Of a stretch of 64,000 bases of DNA, positions 18,360 to 27,391 are shown piece after piece. The position numbers and the translations under genes are program-made. Position 1 is the stretch's first letter. Each line of letters starts with the position of its first letter. This stretch comes from an uncultured Collinsella sp. GTDB lineage: Bacteria > Actinomycetota > Coriobacteriia > Coriobacteriales > Coriobacteriaceae. The notes under the pieces are model-generated. The model was not told the origin of the DNA, ran no database searches, and saw nothing but the letters and a program-made list of their open reading frames with translations. The stretch lies in NCBI GenBank assembly GCA_958351385.1, contig CATWKM010000004.1, positions 236-64,235 on the forward strand, read 5' to 3'.

Positions 18360-19246
18360 CAGCCAAACCTCTTCTCATCAATCGCATGCAACGCGCAAGG
18401 CAGCACCATCCAGGCAGCGTACACGACATAGCCCGGCCACGGCGCCGGCACCGAGAGCTGCGGATAAAACGAATACTGCGTCGTCGCGGTCCACGCCACT
18501 GCCGCCGTGGCCACGCCAAACAACGCAAGCCCAACCAGCGCGGCAACGTCGCTGCGCCCCAGTCGATACCGCGCATACGTCGTTCGACGCGTCGCGGCGC
18601 CCCACCCACGGGAGCGCATGGCGTCCGCGCGCTCCAGCGAATCTTCCATGCCCCAGCCCATCAACACACTCGATGCCCGCAAACGCGAACGCACGGGGTC
18701 GGCCGGCGCGCGGCCCGGCACATCGATCGCGTCCTGCACCGCCAGCACCGTGCGGCCGCGGCGCAAAAACTGCGGGATAAGCCTCATGCACATCGAGATC
18801 ATGAGCGCAATCACCGGTGCGGCATTGCCCAGCAGCGCGAGCACCTTGTCGTATTCGAGCATCGACGCCGCCGCCTCAAACCACAGCACGCTCGCCACAA
18901 ACAGCCCGCCCATGCACAGGCCGTATACCATGCTCTCCAGATACACCGCGCGCATGCCAATACGGAACAGCTCCGTCGAGCCCGAGGCGCTAAACAGCGG
19001 ATTGAGCACCGCGACGATCAAAATCACCGGCAGCTGCCAGCGGAGCGCGCCCAGCGTGCGGGCAGCCCCACGCGTCGCAAATCCATACGCCAGCCCGCCC
19101 GCAAGTGACAGCGCAATCAGTACCGGCTGCATCGAGAACATAGTGAGCCCCAGCGTCAGCACTATATAGAGTGCCGGCACAGCCGGATGCGACATCGAGA
19201 ATGCCGCGACGGGCTCGCCGCCAAACTCCTCTCGTATGTTGTCCAC
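18359..19246 (-). CDS. ECF transporter T component
   Basis: Hydrophobic, with MRLIPQF and ERADAMRSRG motifs; start (GTG 19246) uncertain. Confidence 0.85.
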   Translation of the reverse strand: MDNIREEFGGEPVAAFSMSHPAVPALYIVLTLGLTMFSMQPVLIALSLAGGLAYGFATRGAARTLGALRWQLPVILIVAVLNPLFSASGSTELFRIGMRAVYLESMVYGLCMGGLFVASVLWFEAAASMLEYDKVLALLGNAAPVIALMISMCMRLIPQFLRRGRTVLAVQDAIDVPGRAPADPVRSRLRASSVLMGWGMEDSLERADAMRSRGWGAATRRTTYARYRLGRSDVAALVGLALFGVATAAVAWTATTQYSFYPQLSVPAPWPGYVVYAAWMVLPCALHAIDEKRFG

Positions 19247-19445
19247 GGGCACCCCCGTCCCCTCGCTCAAACAACAGCTCCGCAGCACCGCCAACGCCGC
19301 ACGCAAGCAGTGCAAACGCCACGCCGGCGGCGCAAGCCTCAACCGCCGCAAACCAATCGTTACGCGCTCGTCATATGCCTGCGGTATCATATTGCGCCGT
19401 GTATCGTTTCCAAACACACGTCTCTATAACGTAACAGGAGATCAC

Positions 19446-20858
19446 ATGGACGCAACCGCAATTATCCTCGCTGCCGGCGAGGGCACCCGCATGAAGTCGA
19501 ACCACTGCAAGGTTTCGCACAAGATCCTGGGTAAGCCCATGGTCCAGTGGATCGTCGACGCTACCATCAAGGCCGGCTGCAGCCGCGTCGTGGTTGTCAT
19601 CGGCAGCCACGCCGACGAGATGCGCGCCCTCATCGACGGCGCCTACGCCAACAGCGCCACCAAGGTCGAGTGCGTCGAGCAGACCGAGCGTCTGGGCACC
19701 GGTCACGCCGTGAAGGTCGCACTCGAGGCCTGTGGCATCACGCAAGGCCCCGTCGTGGTGCTCAACGGCGACCTGCCGCTCATCACCGCCGACACCGTCG
19801 CCAAGTTCGCGCAAACCGTCGCCACCGGCGAGCTCGCCTGCACCGTCATGACCATGACCCCGCCCGATCCTTTCGGCTACGGCCGCATCAAGCTGGGCGC
19901 CGATGGTCAGATCGAGCGCATCATCGAGCAGAAGGACTGCACGCCCGAGCAGGCCGCCACGCTGCTGGAGTGCAACGCCGGCTGCTACGCCTTTGACGGC
20001 GCGCAGCTCGCCGCCCACATTAACGAGATCGGCAACGACAACGCGCAGTCCGAGTACTATCTGCCCGACATGCTCGAGATCCTCAAGGGCCACGGCCAGG
20101 CTGTCTCCATCTTCCACTGCGACGACTACCGCGACGGCCTGGGCGTCAACAGCCGCATCCAGCTCGCACAGCTCACCGCCATCGCGCGCGACCGCATCAA
20201 CGAGCACTGGATGGCCGAGGGCGTTACCTTCATCGACCCCACGCAGGCCTGGATCGGCCCCGATGCCGTTATCGGCCGCGATACCGTCGTGTGGCCGCAG
20301 ACGCACCTGATCGGCCACGTCACCGTGGGCGAGGAGTGCCAGCTCGGCCCCAACAGCCGCCTCACCGACACAACCGTCGGCAGCGGCTGCGTCATCGATG
20401 AAACCATCGCCATCGAGGCCGTCATCGAGAACGGCGTCGACTGCGGCCCGCGCGCCTACCTGCGCCCGGGCACCCACATGCTCGACGGATCCAAGGCCGG
20501 CACGCACGTGGAGATCAAGAAGTCCACGATCGGCGAGGGCTCCAAAGTTCCGCACCTGTCCTACATCGGCGACACCACCATGGGCTCCGGCGTCAACGTG
20601 GGCGCGGGCTCCATCACCTGCAACTACGACGGCGTCCACAAGCACAAGACCGTCATCGGCAAGGATGCCTTCATCGGTTCCGACACCATGATGGTCGCGC
20701 CCGCCCAGATCGGCGACGGCGCGCTCGTGGCCGCTGGCTCCGTCATCACCGAGCCGGTCCCGGCAGACGCGCTCGGTCTGGGCCGCGCCCGTCAGGTAAA
20801 TATTGAGGGCTGGGCCGCCGATTACCGCCGCCGCCTGCACGAGGACGACGAGGTATAA
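19446..20858 (+). CDS. glmU: Bifunctional UDP-GlcNAc pyrophosphorylase / glucosamine-1-P acetyltransferase
   Basis: ILAAGEGTRMKS, LGTGHAV, EYYLPD, HLSYIGD, TCNYDG; RBS AGGAG. Confidence 0.97.
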   Translation: MDATAIILAAGEGTRMKSNHCKVSHKILGKPMVQWIVDATIKAGCSRVVVVIGSHADEMRALIDGAYANSATKVECVEQTERLGTGHAVKVALEACGITQGPVVVLNGDLPLITADTVAKFAQTVATGELACTVMTMTPPDPFGYGRIKLGADGQIERIIEQKDCTPEQAATLLECNAGCYAFDGAQLAAHINEIGNDNAQSEYYLPDMLEILKGHGQAVSIFHCDDYRDGLGVNSRIQLAQLTAIARDRINEHWMAEGVTFIDPTQAWIGPDAVIGRDTVVWPQTHLIGHVTVGEECQLGPNSRLTDTTVGSGCVIDETIAIEAVIENGVDCGPRAYLRPGTHMLDGSKAGTHVEIKKSTIGEGSKVPHLSYIGDTTMGSGVNVGAGSITCNYDGVHKHKTVIGKDAFIGSDTMMVAPAQIGDGALVAAGSVITEPVPADALGLGRARQVNIEGWAADYRRRLHEDDEV

Positions 20859-20873
20859 CGTTTTACCAAGCAC

Positions 20874-20907
20874 AAAAGGAGCTGCTCCATGGGGGCGGCT
20901 CCTTTTT
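20874..20907 (+). terminator. Intrinsic terminator after glmU
   Basis: AAAAGGAGCTGCTCC-ATG-GGGGCGGCTCCTTTTT. Confidence 0.75.
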
Positions 20908-21050
20908 CTATCGTGACCTGCGCAACCGGATGAGTGGTCGGTTCGTGTCCGTTGGCGGTAAAGACGTTATCAGGACCCGATAAACCCCGCCGCGCGGTTA
21001 CAATGCAACAAGGCATCTATATGGCATTCGATGTATAAAGGAGAAGGGTA

Positions 21051-22037
21051 ATGCCGATTAATGATCCCGAGAAGTCGGAGAATATGCGCAAGTCCATCCG
21101 CGTGTATTCCGGTTCCTCCAACCGTCCCCTCGCTCAGAAGATTGCTGAGTACCTTGGGGTCGAGCTTTCGGGCCTTACGCTAAAGCAGTTCGCCAATGGT
21201 GAGATTTACGCCCGCTACGACGAGACCGTCCGCGGCGCCGACGTCTTCCTGATTCAGTCCGTGGCCGGCGGCAACGTCAACGACATGCTCATGGAGCTGC
21301 TCATCGCCACCGACGCTGCCAAGCGCGCATCCGCCCGCTCCATCACCGCCGTTATCACCCACTACGGCTATGCCCGCCAGGACCGCAAGGCCGGCCCGCG
21401 CGAGCCCATCACCGCCCGCCTCGTCGCCAACCTGCTCGAGCGCGCCGGCGTCAACCGCATTATCACCCTCGACCTGCACCAGGGCCAGATCCAGGGCTTC
21501 TTCGATATCCCGGTTAACCACCTGTCCGCACTGCCGCTGTTTGGCCAGTACTACAACGACATGCACTTCGACACCGACAACCTGGTTGTCGTCTCCCCCG
21601 ACGTGGGTCGCGCCAAGGCCGCCAAGAAGCTGTCCGACATGCTCGGCTGCGACCTGGCCATCGCCCACAAGGGCCGTCCGCGCCACAACGCCGCCGAGGT
21701 CATGGGCATCATCGGTGACATCAAGGGCAAGACCTGCATCATCAACGACGACATGATCGACACCGCTGGCACCCTGTGCGCCAACGTCAAGGAGCTCAAG
21801 GCTATGGGCGCCGGTGACATCTACGTCTGCGCCACCCACGGCATCTTCTCCGGTCCGGCCATCGAGCGCCTGAACGATGCCCCCATCGTCGAGTGCGTCG
21901 TCACCGACGCCATCCCCGTCGAGGTCGGCGGCAAGATCAAGACTATCTCGGTCGCCGAGGAGTTCGCTCAGGCCATCTCCGCCGTTTACCACGAGGAGCC
22001 CGTCTCCACGCTCGTCGGCGGCGACTTCGCGCTGTAG
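21051..22037 (+). CDS. prs: Ribose-phosphate pyrophosphokinase
   Basis: FANGE, YARQDRK, DLHQGQIQGFF, VSPDVG, DDMIDTAGT. Confidence 0.97.
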   Translation: MPINDPEKSENMRKSIRVYSGSSNRPLAQKIAEYLGVELSGLTLKQFANGEIYARYDETVRGADVFLIQSVAGGNVNDMLMELLIATDAAKRASARSITAVITHYGYARQDRKAGPREPITARLVANLLERAGVNRIITLDLHQGQIQGFFDIPVNHLSALPLFGQYYNDMHFDTDNLVVVSPDVGRAKAAKKLSDMLGCDLAIAHKGRPRHNAAEVMGIIGDIKGKTCIINDDMIDTAGTLCANVKELKAMGAGDIYVCATHGIFSGPAIERLNDAPIVECVVTDAIPVEVGGKIKTISVAEEFAQAISAVYHEEPVSTLVGGDFAL

Positions 22038-22065
22038 TCGCATCGTCCTTGCAACCCGGCGCATC

Positions 22066-22143
22066 GCCGTCGGAACAGAAGAAACCCCCGCGCTCCCCCT
22101 TGCTTCGCAAAGGTCGCGCGGGGGTTTCTTCTGTTCCGACGGC
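22066..22143. repeat. 28-bp perfect inverted repeat with 22-nt loop
   Basis: GCCGTCGGAACAGAAGAAACCCCCGCGC (22066-22093) and its exact reverse complement (22116-22143). Confidence 0.9.
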
Positions 22144-22260
22144 TCGCTCTGCCGCGGCCACGCTTTTGTCTGGTAGGATTTCGCTGAAACGAAGTCTCGC
22201 CTTCGGCGGGCGTGGTAGCCTTTGTCGTTGATTGAACTATTTACGTAACGGAGGACAAAC

Positions 22261-22890
22261 ATGGCAGCTGCACAGCCGCTTAAGATTCGCATGGTTGCCG
22301 GGCTTGGCAACCCGGGCGAGGAATATGCCGAGACCCGCCACAACGCCGGCTTTAAGGCGATTGACGAGCTGGCCCGTCAGGCCGGCGTCACGTACTGGAA
22401 AAACCAGGCCGGCGCCGAGGTCGCACTCATCAACATCAACGATCCCGAGGAAGAGGGTGGCAAGCGCCAGATCGTGCTGGTCAAGCCGCAGTCGTATATG
22501 AATACCTCGGGCGGACCCATCTCCAAGCTCTGCCGCGAGTACAAGATCAAGGCCGAGGAGCTGCTCGTCATCCACGACGAGCTTGACATTCCCGCCGGTG
22601 ACGTGCGCGTCAAGGTGGGCGGTGGCCACGCCGGCCACAACGGCCTGCGCTCCATCATCGACAAGATGGGCAGCCGCGACTTTAGCCGTATCCGCACCGG
22701 CATCGGCAACCCTCCCGGCAAGATGGCCGTGGCCGACTACGTGCTCAAGCAGCTGCGTGCCCGCGAGGCCGAGGATTTCCAGGACACCTGCGCCCGCGCG
22801 GCCGACGCCGCGGGCCTCGCCATCGTGCACGGCGTGATCTATGCCCGCGACCACGTCAACGGCGCCGCCTCCGCCAATGGCAAGCACTAA
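22261..22890 (+). CDS. pth: Peptidyl-tRNA hydrolase
   Basis: GLGNPG…TRHNAG, KPQSYMN, HDELD, GHNGLRS. Confidence 0.97.
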   Translation: MAAAQPLKIRMVAGLGNPGEEYAETRHNAGFKAIDELARQAGVTYWKNQAGAEVALININDPEEEGGKRQIVLVKPQSYMNTSGGPISKLCREYKIKAEELLVIHDELDIPAGDVRVKVGGGHAGHNGLRSIIDKMGSRDFSRIRTGIGNPPGKMAVADYVLKQLRAREAEDFQDTCARAADAAGLAIVHGVIYARDHVNGAASANGKH

Positions 22891-23091
22891 AACCTACCGT
22901 TTAGGGACAGGTTTATTTTGGCAGGTTCTATCTACAGAAACGCCCCGGTGGCCGCATCGCAATAAACCCCGCGCTGCCATACACGCATAACACCCCAAAG
23001 GGGGCCGGCCTCATCACAACCCGAGACCGGCCCCCTTTGCCGTTTTGCCTGATAAAACCGACCAAAATAAACCTATCCCTATTTGGTAGGT
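22888..23091. repeat. Two inverted ~40-bp REP-like hairpin elements with GGGA(C/T)AGGTTTATTTTGG core
   Basis: Copies at 22888-22930 and 23053-23091 (inverted); a third copy lies at 34398-34440. Confidence 0.8.
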
Positions 23092-23264
23092 CGAAGTGGA
23101 TAAACCCTTTTCCCAACCGCCGAAGATACACGTAAACGGCATGTCCATGAGGGTATAATTTGCACCGTATGTCTGCACAACGCCTGTGCGCGTACGGTTT
23201 TATTCGGGCTACCGTCCATTTCCGTGGAGGCACGGTTCGGCAGCCCTAACAAGAGAGGGGTTCT

Positions 23265-24104
23265 ATGTATAAGATCCTGGAGAAGACGCAGTTCTCGGAG
23301 AAGGTGTTCAAGTTCCGCATCGAGGCGCCTGCAATCGCCAAGCATGCGCACGCTGGACAGTTCCTCATGGTCCGCGCCAACGAGACGGGCGAGCGCGTCC
23401 CGTTTACCCTGGCCGGCTGGAACGGTGACGAGGGCTGGGTCGAGTTCATCTTCATGGTGATCGGCAAGACCACCGAGATGCTGTCCACCTACGAGGCCGG
23501 CGAGTCGCTGCGCGACGTCGTGGGCCCGCTGGGCGTTCCCACCGAGATGGCCGAGGGCCCCTGCGCCGTCATTGGCGGCGGCGTCGGCCTGGCAATTGCC
23601 TTCCCGGTCGCCAAGCACCTGGTCGAGACCGGTCACGAGGTGCACGCCATCATGGGCGCCCGCACCAAGGACCTCCTGCTCATGGAGGACCAGTTCCGCG
23701 AGCTCCTCGACGAGGACCACATCCACATCACCACCGATGACGGTTCCTACGGCGAGCAGGGCGTTGTCACCGCTCCGCTGGAGCGCCTGCTGCAGGACAA
23801 GGCCGTGAGCCAGGTCTTCTGCGTCGGCCCCGTTCCGATGATGAAGTTCTCGACCCTCACCGCCCAGAAGTACGACACCCCCATCACCGCGTCGCTCAAC
23901 CCCATCATGGTTGACGGCACCGGCATGTGCGGCTGCTGCCGCGTCGAGGTGGGCGGCGTGACCAAGTTCGCTTGCGTCGACGGCCCCGACTTCGATGCCA
24001 CCCTGGTCGACTGGGATGACCTTCGTGCCCGCCAGGCCGCTTACCGTTCCGAAGAGGGCGAGTCCCTCAAGGCCTATGAGGAAAAGAGCTGCGCATGCCA
24101 CTAG
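23265..24104 (+). CDS. nfnA: NfnA/SudB-like FAD/[2Fe-2S] subunit
   Basis: GQFLMVR…GERVPFT, GGGVG, GPVPMMK, MVDGTGMCGCCRV…CVDGPDF. Confidence 0.85.
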   Translation: MYKILEKTQFSEKVFKFRIEAPAIAKHAHAGQFLMVRANETGERVPFTLAGWNGDEGWVEFIFMVIGKTTEMLSTYEAGESLRDVVGPLGVPTEMAEGPCAVIGGGVGLAIAFPVAKHLVETGHEVHAIMGARTKDLLLMEDQFRELLDEDHIHITTDDGSYGEQGVVTAPLERLLQDKAVSQVFCVGPVPMMKFSTLTAQKYDTPITASLNPIMVDGTGMCGCCRVEVGGVTKFACVDGPDFDATLVDWDDLRARQAAYRSEEGESLKAYEEKSCACH

Positions 24105-25504
24105 TTAACGGTCGTTTCGTTGCCGATATGAAGTCGCCCCGCACCCCCGATAACGAGGAGCCGGCTGCCGAGCGCGCCTGCGACTTCCGCCCCGTCGATA
24201 AGGGCTTCACCGAGGAGATGGCGCTGGCCGAGGCCGAGCGCTGCCTCAACTGCAAGAAGCCGTTCTGTGTTGAGGGCTGCCCCGTCAACATCAACATCCC
24301 CCGCTTTATCGAGCAGATCCGCGCGAAGGACTTCGGCGGCGCTCTCGATACCATCCGCGAGGACTCCATGCTTCCCGCCATCTGCGGCCGCGTCTGCCCG
24401 CAGGAGAACCAGTGCGAGGGTAAGTGCATCCGTGGCAAGAAGTCCGAGCCCGTGGCTATCGGCCAGCTCGAGCGCTTCCTGGGTGATCGCCCCGAACTCG
24501 CCTCCACGCCCAAGATGGCCCCCAAGAACGGCAAGAAGGTCGCCGTCGTCGGCTCCGGCCCGTCCGGCATCACCTGTGCCGGCGAGCTCGCCCGCAACGG
24601 CTTTGACGTCACCGTCTTCGAGGCTTTCTTCACCGGCGGCGGCGTGCTGGTCTACGGCATCCCCGAGTTCCGTCTGCCCAAGGCAGTCGTCAAGCGCGAG
24701 ATCGACGGCCTGGAGGACATGGGCGTCAAGTTTGAGTACAACTCCGTCGTGGGCAACATGGCCACGGCCGAGGAGCTGTTCGAGCAGGGCTTCGACGCCA
24801 TCTACGTGGCGACCGGCGCTGGCCTGCCCAAGTTCCTCAACGTCCCCGGCGAGAACCTGCCCAACGTCTTCTTCGCTAACGAGTACCTCACCCGCGTGAA
24901 CCTGATGAAGGCCAACAAGTTCCCCGAGTACGACACCCCCACCAAGCACGGCAAGAACGTCGTCGTCTTTGGTGGCGGCAACGTGGCTATGGACGCCGTC
25001 CGTACCGCCAAGCGCCTGGGTGCCGAGCACGCCATCATCGCCTACCGTCGTACCGAGGACGAGATGCCCTGCCGTCGCGCCGAGCTGCACCACGCCAAGG
25101 CCGAGGGCGTCGAGGTTCTGCCGCTCGTCTCCCCGCTCGAGTTTGTCGCTGGCGAGGACGGCTCCGTGTGCGCCGTCAAGGTCCAGAAGATGGAGCTCGG
25201 CGAGCCTGACGAGTCCGGCCGTCGTCGCCCGGTGCCCATCGAGGGCGCCATCGAGGAGATCCCCTGCGACGTCGCGATCTCGGCTATCGGCACCAACGCC
25301 AACCCCTTCGCTGCCAAGATCGGCGGCAAGATGGAGCTCAACAAGTGGGGCTACATCGTTGCCGACGAGGAGACCGGCCAGACCACCGATCCCCGCATCT
25401 GGGCCGGCGGCGACATCGTCACCGGTGCCGCTACGGTCATTCTGGCGATGGGCGCCGGCAAGAAGGCCGCCGCTTCCATCACCAAGAGCCTGCTGGGCGA
25501 GTAA
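24095..25504 (+). CDS. nfnB: NfnB/SudA-like (GltD-family) flavo-iron-sulfur subunit
   Basis: EAERCLNC…CVEGCPV, CGRVCPQENQCE, GSGPSG, YGIPEFRL, GGGNVAMD, AGGDIVTGAATV. Confidence 0.85.
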   Translation: MPLVNGRFVADMKSPRTPDNEEPAAERACDFRPVDKGFTEEMALAEAERCLNCKKPFCVEGCPVNINIPRFIEQIRAKDFGGALDTIREDSMLPAICGRVCPQENQCEGKCIRGKKSEPVAIGQLERFLGDRPELASTPKMAPKNGKKVAVVGSGPSGITCAGELARNGFDVTVFEAFFTGGGVLVYGIPEFRLPKAVVKREIDGLEDMGVKFEYNSVVGNMATAEELFEQGFDAIYVATGAGLPKFLNVPGENLPNVFFANEYLTRVNLMKANKFPEYDTPTKHGKNVVVFGGGNVAMDAVRTAKRLGAEHAIIAYRRTEDEMPCRRAELHHAKAEGVEVLPLVSPLEFVAGEDGSVCAVKVQKMELGEPDESGRRRPVPIEGAIEEIPCDVAISAIGTNANPFAAKIGGKMELNKWGYIVADEETGQTTDPRIWAGGDIVTGAATVILAMGAGKKAAASITKSLLGE

Positions 25505-25532
25505 TCACCTGCAGTGCTAGCCACCAAACGGC

Positions 25533-25571
25533 AAGGTCCCCGTCGAGCACACGCCCGGCGGGGACTTTTTT
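25533..25571 (+). terminator. Terminator after nfnAB
   Basis: AAGGTCCCCGTCG…CGGCGGGGACTTTTTT. Confidence 0.7.
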
Positions 25572-25643
25572 ATGCCGGCCAACCCATCACCACAAAGGGG
25601 ACATGCACCTTTGTGGTGGTCGGGGACTTGGCCGTTCGTTTTG

Positions 25644-25859
25644 TCTCAATCTGTAACACCTGGAGCCCGTTGAGCATCGTAGTTGTTACAGATCGAGATA
25701 TTGTGCCGGCCGGCCACGCTGCATCTCAATCTGTAACAGTTAGAGACCAAATATGCCGCCTGGTGTTACAGATCAAGACGTTGGGCTGACGGCCGAACGG
25801 TTCATCTCAATCTGTAACAGTTAGAGCCGTTTTCGCTGGCTTGGTGTTACAGATCGAGA
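25644..25859. repeat. Array C: 6 copies of the 15-bp alternating motif
   Basis: Forward copies at 25644, 25724, 25805; reverse copies at 25684, 25764, 25845; spacers 25-26 nt. Confidence 0.95.
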
Positions 25860-25958
25860 CTATGCAAAAGCCGAGGATAGGCACTGCCGCCAAGGCCTTC
25901 CCCTCGGCCTAAAACCAAAACCACCACAAAGGGTGCCCTTTGTGGTGGTTTTGGTCGG

Positions 25959-26582
25959 CTAGCCTTCGAGTTGAGCCACTTTGTAGCGGTAGGCAGCGGC
26001 GATGACGTCTTTACAGCCCTCGCGTCCCAGCTTAGCGCGGTTGACGACGATATCCTTACCGCTCGTCATCTTCCACTTTCCGGCGCTGTAACGCTTGTAG
26101 AATGCCTCACGCGCCTTCTGCTGCTGCTTGACCAGCTTGGCACCCTTCTTTTTATTAAGGCCACGCTTCTTGCGCACAATCTCGACGCGGTCCTCAAAGG
26201 GAGCGGTCACCAATACGGCAATGTGATTGGGGTTGTTACGCAGCAGGTAGTCGGACAGGCGACCCTCGATAATGCAGCTCTCGGTCTCGCCCAGGTCCAA
26301 AATCACCTGGCTCATCTTTTGGAACAACTTGTCCGAGTACGAGCGCGCGTCGTAGCGGTCGGGCAGAAACGCCATGTTCTCCACGGCCAGACGCTCGTCG
26401 TAGGCGGCCATCTTATCGAGCGACTCGCCCGCACGCAGCGACGCGCGTACCAGCAGCTCGTTGTCGTACAGAGGAATCCCCAACTCGTTGGCGAGGATGC
26501 GTCCGATCTCGTGGCCCTCGGCACCAAAGTCGCGCGCGATGGTAATGACCACAGGATTCTTCTTATTCTCCAGATCGCTCAT
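25959..26582 (-). CDS. Cytidylate kinase-like family protein
   Basis: VITIARDFGAEGHEIG…LGIPLYD, CIIEGR, APFEDRV. Confidence 0.85.
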   Translation of the reverse strand: MSDLENKKNPVVITIARDFGAEGHEIGRILANELGIPLYDNELLVRASLRAGESLDKMAAYDERLAVENMAFLPDRYDARSYSDKLFQKMSQVILDLGETESCIIEGRLSDYLLRNNPNHIAVLVTAPFEDRVEIVRKKRGLNKKKGAKLVKQQQKAREAFYKRYSAGKWKMTSGKDIVVNRAKLGREGCKDVIAAAYRYKVAQLEG

Positions 26583-26749
26583 CGCGATTCCTTTCTAACA
26601 CATGAGAAAAGGACTGTTTATCTCTTATTCCCACGATACCGTACCTGGGTTTTCCTGGTGCCCAAGATTGGCCTGAAAGAGGAGCGACGCGTACTTTGGT
26701 ACGCGAGCGACGGTTTGAAGGCCAAGGTTGGGTGCCAGGGAAAGCCAGG

Positions 26750-27388
26750 CTATGCGGCTACGATGCGGCGTTGGTAAGCTCGGACCAGCAGCGAGATACC
26801 AAAGTTGAGCACAAAGTACATCGCAAACACCAGACCGTAGAGCATAAGCACCTGCGACAGGTCGATCGCGTGGGCCATCACGACATTTGCCGTGTACATG
26901 AGCTCGGCAACGTTAATGCCCGAAAGATACGAGCTGTCCTTAATGACGGTCGTACACTGGCTAAACAGCGCCGGAATGATCGTCTTAAACGTCTGCGGCA
27001 GAATGATGTAGCGCATGGTGGCAAAGAAGCCGAAGCCCTGGCTCTGCGCTGCCTCAAACTGGCCGCGCGGAATCGAGTTGAGGCCGCCGCGCACAATCTC
27101 GGCCATAACAGCGCTGGTAAACAGCGTAAAGGCGATGGTCGAAATCACAATGTCCAAACCCTGCACCGTAAAGTAGATAAACAGAATCCACAGCAGGTTC
27201 GGCGTGCAGCGGAACAGCTCGATATAGACGCTCACCAAAATACGGAACGGGCGGGGCGCATAACTCTTAACGAGCGCCAGCACCGTGCCAAAGATGAGCG
27301 AGAAAAAGATCGACAGCGCCGAGATCTCGATGGTCTTAACAAAGCCGCCCCAGATGTAGAGCAGGTTGGTCGCGTTGAAGATTTCCAT
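26750..27388 (-). CDS. Polar amino-acid ABC transporter permease
   Basis: YIELFRCTP, AEIVRGG…GQFEAA, IILPQ, IKDSS. Confidence 0.92.
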   Translation of the reverse strand: MEIFNATNLLYIWGGFVKTIEISALSIFFSLIFGTVLALVKSYAPRPFRILVSVYIELFRCTPNLLWILFIYFTVQGLDIVISTIAFTLFTSAVMAEIVRGGLNSIPRGQFEAAQSQGFGFFATMRYIILPQTFKTIIPALFSQCTTVIKDSSYLSGINVAELMYTANVVMAHAIDLSQVLMLYGLVFAMYFVLNFGISLLVRAYQRRIVAA

Positions 27389-27391
27389 GCG

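Noticed and set aside
19247..19445. Cobalamin or other riboswitch upstream of the ECF operon
   Set aside because: No recognisable B12-box or other riboswitch consensus by eye; an Rfam scan would be needed.
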